DNA of 39,341 nt from a virus (taxonomy: Duplodnaviria; Heunggongvirae; Uroviricota; Caudoviricetes), in IMG/VR virus record IMGVR_UViG_2901984674_000003, one strand, 5' to 3'. Below the pieces are notes generated by a model. It did not search any database. It saw nothing but the letters and a program-made list of their open reading frames with translations, and had not been told where the DNA came from. A program made the position numbers and the translations under genes. Shown in pieces: positions 33,942-39,341 of this stretch (position 1 is the first letter of the stretch; each line of letters opens with the position of its first letter).

Positions 33942-35938
33942 TACAAAATCAAATGAGTATCAATAACTGTTCCTAATAAATCCCTAGCTCTATACACGTA
34001 AAAGCGACTGTTTGCATTAGCTAATAATTCATCACGAACACGTTTAGATAATTCTTTGTTCCAAGAATAGTTAATATCTTTCAAACTATCAGGAGTTAAA
34101 CCACCCAAAACAACTAAGTCTTGCGTTGAGAGAGGGTAAATAAAACTGTTTAGAGTTTTGATATTCATTTCCTTGTTATCTCGTTCTTCCAAAGTTGTGA
34201 TTAAACCAATACCTTTTTCGTCCATCTTTTCACGATAAGGTTTTAAAATCCTTGGAGAAACTGTGACGCTATCTAAACCATGAATGACAATCATATCGCC
34301 TGGCATAGCTCTATTAGCAACATAAGATAAAGTGTTCAAGAACATTGCACCTTTAACAACACGGTTATTAGATAGTTTAGATAAATCGTAATAAATGTTG
34401 CGATCATAGTATGTGAACTTATCAGGTATGTTGGTCTTGGCATTGAATACTTGAGGGTATTGATTAACGGCTGTTTTTACTGCTCGTAACAAGAGTTGCG
34501 CTCTATCACCAGCGTTTTCACCAACTTTCCTTTCTCTAGCTACAACTGAGTCTAATTCCAAAACAAAGTCACCTATTGTTGGATAGTTTTGATGTTGTTC
34601 TGTAGCTAAAATTCGCCAAGCTCTAGTTGGTTCATTTTGTGGATCTAAGGTATAAATACCATTACCACCAGCACGTTTAATTACCCAGTCAATCAACTGT
34701 TCCTTTAACATGCCCCTGATGTTAGCGTATTGGTCTGAAGAAACAGCATTTTCACCAAGTAACATCATGATAATTTCAGTAACTTTTTCAAAGTTGTCAT
34801 TAGCGTCGACTTCAACGTTTTCTTTAGTACCGTATACTTCCAAAGTATTAAGCGTGTATTTTTGCATGTCTAAAACCTTAGAATTAGGTGCATGATAATC
34901 AAACGGAACTAGGTTGATGTGATGCGTTCTTTTACCGTTAACTAAATAGTTATCTTCGGCTATTACATGCGCCCATGCACTACCTGAACGGTTTGTTTCA
35001 ATTGGATATTCAAGTCCGTTCAAAGAATATCTAACGCTTGTACCACCAGTAATAACAACTGCATGTCTGATACCGTTAAAATCAATGATTGAGGAGTTGT
35101 TATACAAAAGCGATTCTAGGTCTTCGCCTACGTAAACTCCTTGTGGATCGACAAAGCCTGAACTTGGTAAAAACAAGCGACTAGCCGCAACCGACTCCAT
35201 ATCAGCGTTATGCCATTTGTTAGCCGAAATCTTATTAAACAAACTGAAAAGCTCTTCTTTTTGCTTAAAGATTTTACGTACAATCATAAAGCCAGGAATA
35301 CCGCTGTCTTTTTAGTTTTGTCTAAGTTCATCAACAGTTTTTTTCAACTGTTCTGGAGTATCAGCCCAAACTACAAGTGAAATGTCACTATCAACGATGT
35401 GTTCATTTTTAGCTAATTCATTAGTTAATTGAATATCTTCTAATTCAAGTCTTTTCTTTGAGTTTTCACGTTCGTCTGTTGACTCTTCAGAATTTAACAT
35501 GGTTACTTTTCTTGAATGTAGCTTTTTAGAAAAGATTTCATTTTCTGTACCTTTACTCATACCCTTTTCACGATAGGCAAAATAAATGTCCCCATCTTTA
35601 AGTTGTTGAGTTGGAATTAACTTTGTTAACCAACCAATAACTTCAGGGTTGTGAGTACCATATTGAACCAATACGTCAAACACTGAAACATAGCGTCCGT
35701 TGTATTCGTGAATATAACCATCAAATTCAACGTAACCTTTGTCTGATGTAAACCCAGGTTGACCGATAAATTTCTTTTTGCGAGCTTCAGCTATTTTTCT
35801 ACGTTGCTTAGCCCTTTTCTTTTCAGCCTTAGTCATCTTGTATTGAACTTCAGGCTTCTTAGCTTTTTTAGCCTTTGATTTTTTATTCCAAAACAAAATA
35901 CCACCGCCCTTTTCACTTATTAAAATTATCGTTTGCAT
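33941..35938 (-). pseudogene. VirB4-like protein split by one in-frame TAA (35312-35314), with degenerate Walker motifs
   Basis: ORFs 35312-35938 and 33941-35287 are in the same frame, separated by TAA plus 8 sense codons; VVITGGT and IVIHGLD sit where Walker A and B are expected. Confidence 0.55.
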
Positions 35939-36779
35939 AAAGCTTATTAATCAATTTCTTCAACTCATCGCCTTTTAGCATATGATATGTAACGACCATG
36001 CCTTGATTAAAGAAGACTTCATGCGCTCTAGCTTTCTTCATCAAGCTGTCATACGATTCGTTATCAAGCACGATGTAAGTTTCTAAGACTTGAGTATCTT
36101 GTAAACCAGTAACAATTCTTGAAAGTGTTCTTTGCCTTAACTGCATCTCACGAGTAGCGTTAGGGTTTAGGGTCTTAGGCTTTGTTCTAGGTATTCCAAT
36201 AAAGTTGACCGTTGTTCTAATCGTATCTTTTTCTAAACTGTTAATAGCGTTTTTGTTAATTATTTTTAAATAAAGTAAGTCATCATCAAAAGAAGTTTGA
36301 GATACCATACCTTGAACTTTATACACTAAGGTATAGTGAGTTCTACCTTTATACTTGCTTTCAAGCACCGTACGATCAGGGGTTCTACTAGAGAACTTGA
36401 AGTAACGGTCTTTTCGCCAGTAACGCTTGTTGGTATCACCGAATTGGCTAAGCAGATAATTAATAGAAATTATCAACTGGCTTCCTTGCGATGGATTAAC
36501 AAACAATGCGTTTAAAGCAATTAAAAACGAACCTATAATTACACCAACAAACGGAACACTGTTTTTAAGCAAGCCTGCACCAGTTGTTGAAAGCCCTAAT
36601 GCAAGCAAAGGAAAAATCGCAAATATAACCAAAGACGCTAAGATTGATAACAACGTAGATACTAAGAAGTCGCCCAAGCTCCCCATCGACCGTGAAATAG
36701 AATCAATGCGCTTGATTTGATCTAAAGCTTCACTTCTAAGCGACATCTTATTACCAGAGTCAGGTTGAAATTGAGCCAT
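35913..36779 (-). CDS. PrgI/VirB3-like conjugation membrane protein
   Basis: Two N-terminal TMs plus a cytoplasmic domain, directly upstream of the VirB4-like gene. Confidence 0.55.
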   Translation of the reverse strand: MAQFQPDSGNKMSLRSEALDQIKRIDSISRSMGSLGDFLVSTLLSILASLVIFAIFPLLALGLSTTGAGLLKNSVPFVGVIIGSFLIALNALFVNPSQGSQLIISINYLLSQFGDTNKRYWRKDRYFKFSSRTPDRTVLESKYKGRTHYTLVYKVQGMVSQTSFDDDLLYLKIINKNAINSLEKDTIRTTVNFIGIPRTKPKTLNPNATREMQLRQRTLSRIVTGLQDTQVLETYIVLDNESYDSLMKKARAHEVFFNQGMVVTYHMLKGDELKKLINKLYANDNFNK

Positions 36780-36784
36780 TGTAC

Positions 36785-37084
36785 CTACCTACTTTCTTTG
36801 ATAAATTCGCTGAACTTTAACGCTAAGGCACACAAAATTAAAGTAGCTGAGCTAATCACACCGTATAAAGGCACTGGACTAGCTACCCCTGTTTGTGGCA
36901 AAATCTCTTGTTCTTGGCTTTGTGTATCAGTATGTTGAGCTGTTTGTCCTAAGTCTTTAAGAGCTACAACTTCACCTTGTTGTTCACTATCTTGTGAACT
37001 TGTCTTTTGTGCGTTGTCTTGACTTTGATTTTGATTTGATTGATCTTCATGAACAACCGTGTCTTTAATAACTGCATCTGTCAT
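36785..37084 (-). CDS. small LPQTG-motif protein without a signal peptide
   Basis: Q/D/S-rich N-terminus, LPQTG, hydrophobic segment and charged tail. Confidence 0.7.
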   Translation of the reverse strand: MTDAVIKDTVVHEDQSNQNQSQDNAQKTSSQDSEQQGEVVALKDLGQTAQHTDTQSQEQEILPQTGVASPVPLYGVISSATLILCALALKFSEFIKESR

Positions 37085-37099
37085 AAAATTTCACCAACC

Positions 37100-39079
37100 T
37101 TATTCATTTGTTAAAGTGATACGATGTTGTCTTCCGTCTTGGTCTGTATAATGACCTTCTGTACTGTTATCCATAGTTACTTTGTACTTGTGACCATCTT
37201 TGGAATAAGTCCATGTATCACCTTTTTGATAATTCTTAGCACCGGAACTAGAAACAACAGACTCTTGAGAGCTTGATACACTAGTTGTTTGTGCTTGGTT
37301 ATTATGGTTTGTAACTAAAGTTGTTACCCCAGCTGTGATAATAACTACTGCAATTAAAGCTACGATAAAGCCTGCAACCAATCCCCAAACATTCTTCTTT
37401 TTAGCTGGTTCTGTAACAGGTTCTACTGCTGGTGCTGGAGTAGGTGCTGGAACTCTGTCAATTTTAATGTTATTCAAAGCGTCATTAGCTGTTTGTAACT
37501 TCTCATTACTTGCAACTAAAGCCTTGTTGTTCTTTTGTAAGCTTTCAATGTTGTTTTGAGCATCAGTTACACGCTTTTGAGAATCAATTAATTGTTGTTG
37601 TAATGAAGATGTACGCTTTTGTACTTCTTTTTCAACACGAGCTTCAATCTTTTCTTGCATTGTCTTATTGAAGATATTTAATTGTTCTTGAGCGCTTTTA
37701 GCGTTTAATTCAGCAGCTTCTTGTTGTTTCTTAACGCTTTCTGTAACTACACCAACTTGGTTAGCAAATTGTGTTGCTTCTTGTTCAATTGCCATTGTTT
37801 CTTGATGAACAACTTGTTCAAAATCGTTAAGCACTTGAGCAATATCAATTTGGCGGAAACGTCTTTCTAAGAAACGTTGTCTTTCTTCTTTATAATGATC
37901 TTGATAATCCTTTTTCTCTTTAGTTGTTGCAAATTCAGCTTCATCAATGTAACGTTGACGTTCTTGATTAACTCTTTGTTGTTGTTGAGCTAAATGATCG
38001 TTATCATAATTTGTTTCTAGGATTGTACGTTGTGCTTCAACAAACTTTTCACGATTACTCATGTATTCTTTTTGCATTGCAGCTTCCATTTTTTCTATTC
38101 GATTGTTCTTAGAAGTTTCAATGCTCTTTAACCTAAGATCATGCTTTTGCTTAGAGTTAAGAAAATCATCTTCAAACTCTTGTTCAAACTTAGGTGCATG
38201 TGCCTTTAAGATGTTGTAAATCGTGTAAATAGCTTCATCTCTTGCAATAAATACAGTTGATTCACTCTTAACAATTTGAGCTTGAATTTGCTTATGTGTG
38301 TATTCATCATATTTAGGAAAACTGATTGCTTCATTGTTTTCAAAAATGTCAGCAGCTAAAGTTAATAAAGGATCTACCGCACCTTGAGCAATGTGATTTT
38401 CAGGCTTAGCTTCAACAGCTGTTTGTGCTGGAAGATTATCATTTGCATTTGCGCTTTCATCAGCACTAACGTCCAAGCTAGCATCTAAAGTCTGATCGCT
38501 TGTTTGCGCATCGTTTTTACCTGACAAGTCATAAAGCTCTGAGTCATCATCTTCTCCATTAACACTTGGAATAACCGCAACTGCTTTGTTAGCTGGGGCT
38601 TGCGTTTGTGTTTGCACAGGGGCTTGTTCTTGTGCTGGAGTTTGCGTTTGTACTTGTGTTTGTGTTTGAACATTAGTACCTGGGTTTAGGTCTAACTTAG
38701 CTTTATCGTTAGGATAGTATTGTTCTTTAATGCGTTTGATTTCATCTTGGATTTCTGGCATATGACTATTAACAAAGTCTTCCAAAGCATATGGCAAAGT
38801 TAAATCTAATTCACTAACTTCCATAGAGTTATCATCAGCAAAAATCTTAGTTAAAGTATCACTTGGATAATACATTTGATTTTGTTCATTAATAACCCCT
38901 AAACTAACCGTTCCATCAAAATTAAGTAAATCACCATATAAATCTTGATCAGACTCCCTGTAAGCCAAAGCGTAGCCATCTTCTGTTTTGATAGCATTGT
39001 TATTTTCAAAAAAATCAATTGCTCCTTGGCTTAAGTTCGTTGCTTGAAAACCTAACGCAAAAGATATTTCGTTTCTCAT
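37100..39079 (-). CDS. conjugation-region membrane protein (acidic N-terminus, long coiled coil, one TM, small external domain)
   Basis: 659 aa, GGAGG RBS, QT- and PA-rich linkers. Confidence 0.75.
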   Translation of the reverse strand: MRNEISFALGFQATNLSQGAIDFFENNNAIKTEDGYALAYRESDQDLYGDLLNFDGTVSLGVINEQNQMYYPSDTLTKIFADDNSMEVSELDLTLPYALEDFVNSHMPEIQDEIKRIKEQYYPNDKAKLDLNPGTNVQTQTQVQTQTPAQEQAPVQTQTQAPANKAVAVIPSVNGEDDDSELYDLSGKNDAQTSDQTLDASLDVSADESANANDNLPAQTAVEAKPENHIAQGAVDPLLTLAADIFENNEAISFPKYDEYTHKQIQAQIVKSESTVFIARDEAIYTIYNILKAHAPKFEQEFEDDFLNSKQKHDLRLKSIETSKNNRIEKMEAAMQKEYMSNREKFVEAQRTILETNYDNDHLAQQQQRVNQERQRYIDEAEFATTKEKKDYQDHYKEERQRFLERRFRQIDIAQVLNDFEQVVHQETMAIEQEATQFANQVGVVTESVKKQQEAAELNAKSAQEQLNIFNKTMQEKIEARVEKEVQKRTSSLQQQLIDSQKRVTDAQNNIESLQKNNKALVASNEKLQTANDALNNIKIDRVPAPTPAPAVEPVTEPAKKKNVWGLVAGFIVALIAVVIITAGVTTLVTNHNNQAQTTSVSSSQESVVSSSGAKNYQKGDTWTYSKDGHKYKVTMDNSTEGHYTDQDGRQHRITLTNE

Positions 39080-39099
39080 AAATAGCCTCCGTTCTAATT

Positions 39100-39131
39100 A
39101 TTAAAAAAGAGGACGTTTGAATCGCCCTCTT
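39100..39131 (-). terminator. intrinsic terminator inside the transfer region
   Basis: AAGAGGGCG/CGTCCTCTT stem plus T-tract. Confidence 0.65.
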
Positions 39132-39151
39132 ATGTGGGCTTTTAAAAGCCA

Positions 39152-39340
39152 CTAATTTGTTAAGTTGAAATCTCCACCAAGGTTATTAGCGAAGCTTTGT
39201 AGGCTAACAACAGACCATGCAATTAATGCACCGCCAACGATTACTGTTAGCACACCCATGCCAATACGTTTCCAGTCTTTGTTGTCGTTGAACCAGCCTT
39301 TAACAATGTCAAAAGCTCCACGTCCTACTAAGACTAATCC
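39152..39340 (-). CDS. partial TcpD/VirB2-like small membrane protein (3' end only)
   Basis: Open frame GLVLVGRGAFDIVKGWFNDNKDWKRIGMGVLTVIVGGALIAWSVVSLQSFANNLGGDFNLTN*; two TMs separated by a charged loop. Confidence 0.55.
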   Translation of the reverse strand, partial: GLVLVGRGAFDIVKGWFNDNKDWKRIGMGVLTVIVGGALIAWSVVSLQSFANNLGGDFNLTN

Positions 39341-39341
39341 A

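Noticed and set aside
696-37559. Plus-strand ORFs in the track (e.g. 696, 1873, 3171, 3963, 4790, 5181, 6433, 6629, 7789, 12377, 13930, 14648, 15864, 17917, 18648, 18659, 18957, 19559, 21936, 22629, 23941, 27657, 29243, 30821, 34710, 37335)
   Set aside because: Antisense shadows of well-supported minus-strand genes or of structured spacers; no RBS or recognisable motifs.
38485-38673. 62-aa ORF and TGTGTTTG-like short repeats
   Set aside because: Alternative frame of the Gln/Thr-rich linker of the 659-aa protein; coding low-complexity repeats, not a CRISPR array.
1-39341. tRNA, rRNA, cas genes, phage structural genes, relaxase
   Set aside because: No supporting motifs seen in this window.

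Overview
AT-rich segment of a large conjugative mobile element (megaplasmid/ICE, possibly phage-plasmid) from a lactobacillus-like Firmicute; almost every gene is on the minus strand. Right third (31083-39341): part of a Gram-positive type IV secretion module (TcpD/VirB2-like, PrgI/VirB3-like, a split and apparently degenerate VirB4-like protein, a three-domain peptidoglycan hydrolase, two VirB8/TcpC-like proteins). Centre (20507-31075): HU, four related acidic alpha-helical proteins of 343-1452 aa, a tyrosine-recombinase-like protein lacking the catalytic Arg, and three promoter/terminator-bounded non-coding units. Left half (1-20287): small phage-like genes with anti-defence flavour (MazG-like enzyme, orphan methyltransferase, Pnk-phosphatase-Rnl1 fusion, PD-(D/E)XK nuclease, partner-less KwaA-like and IetA-like proteins), several paralogue families, a TnpB-only IS200/IS605 element and the 5' end of an IscB/HEARO-type omegaRNA. 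The most notable unexplained signal is a family of highly structured intergenic elements (130-420, 2650-3225, 3790-3958, 14690-14930) that share a ~53-nt stem motif; one folds into an Frpo-like ssDNA promoter geometry. All protein calls come from motif recognition by eye, with no database searches.
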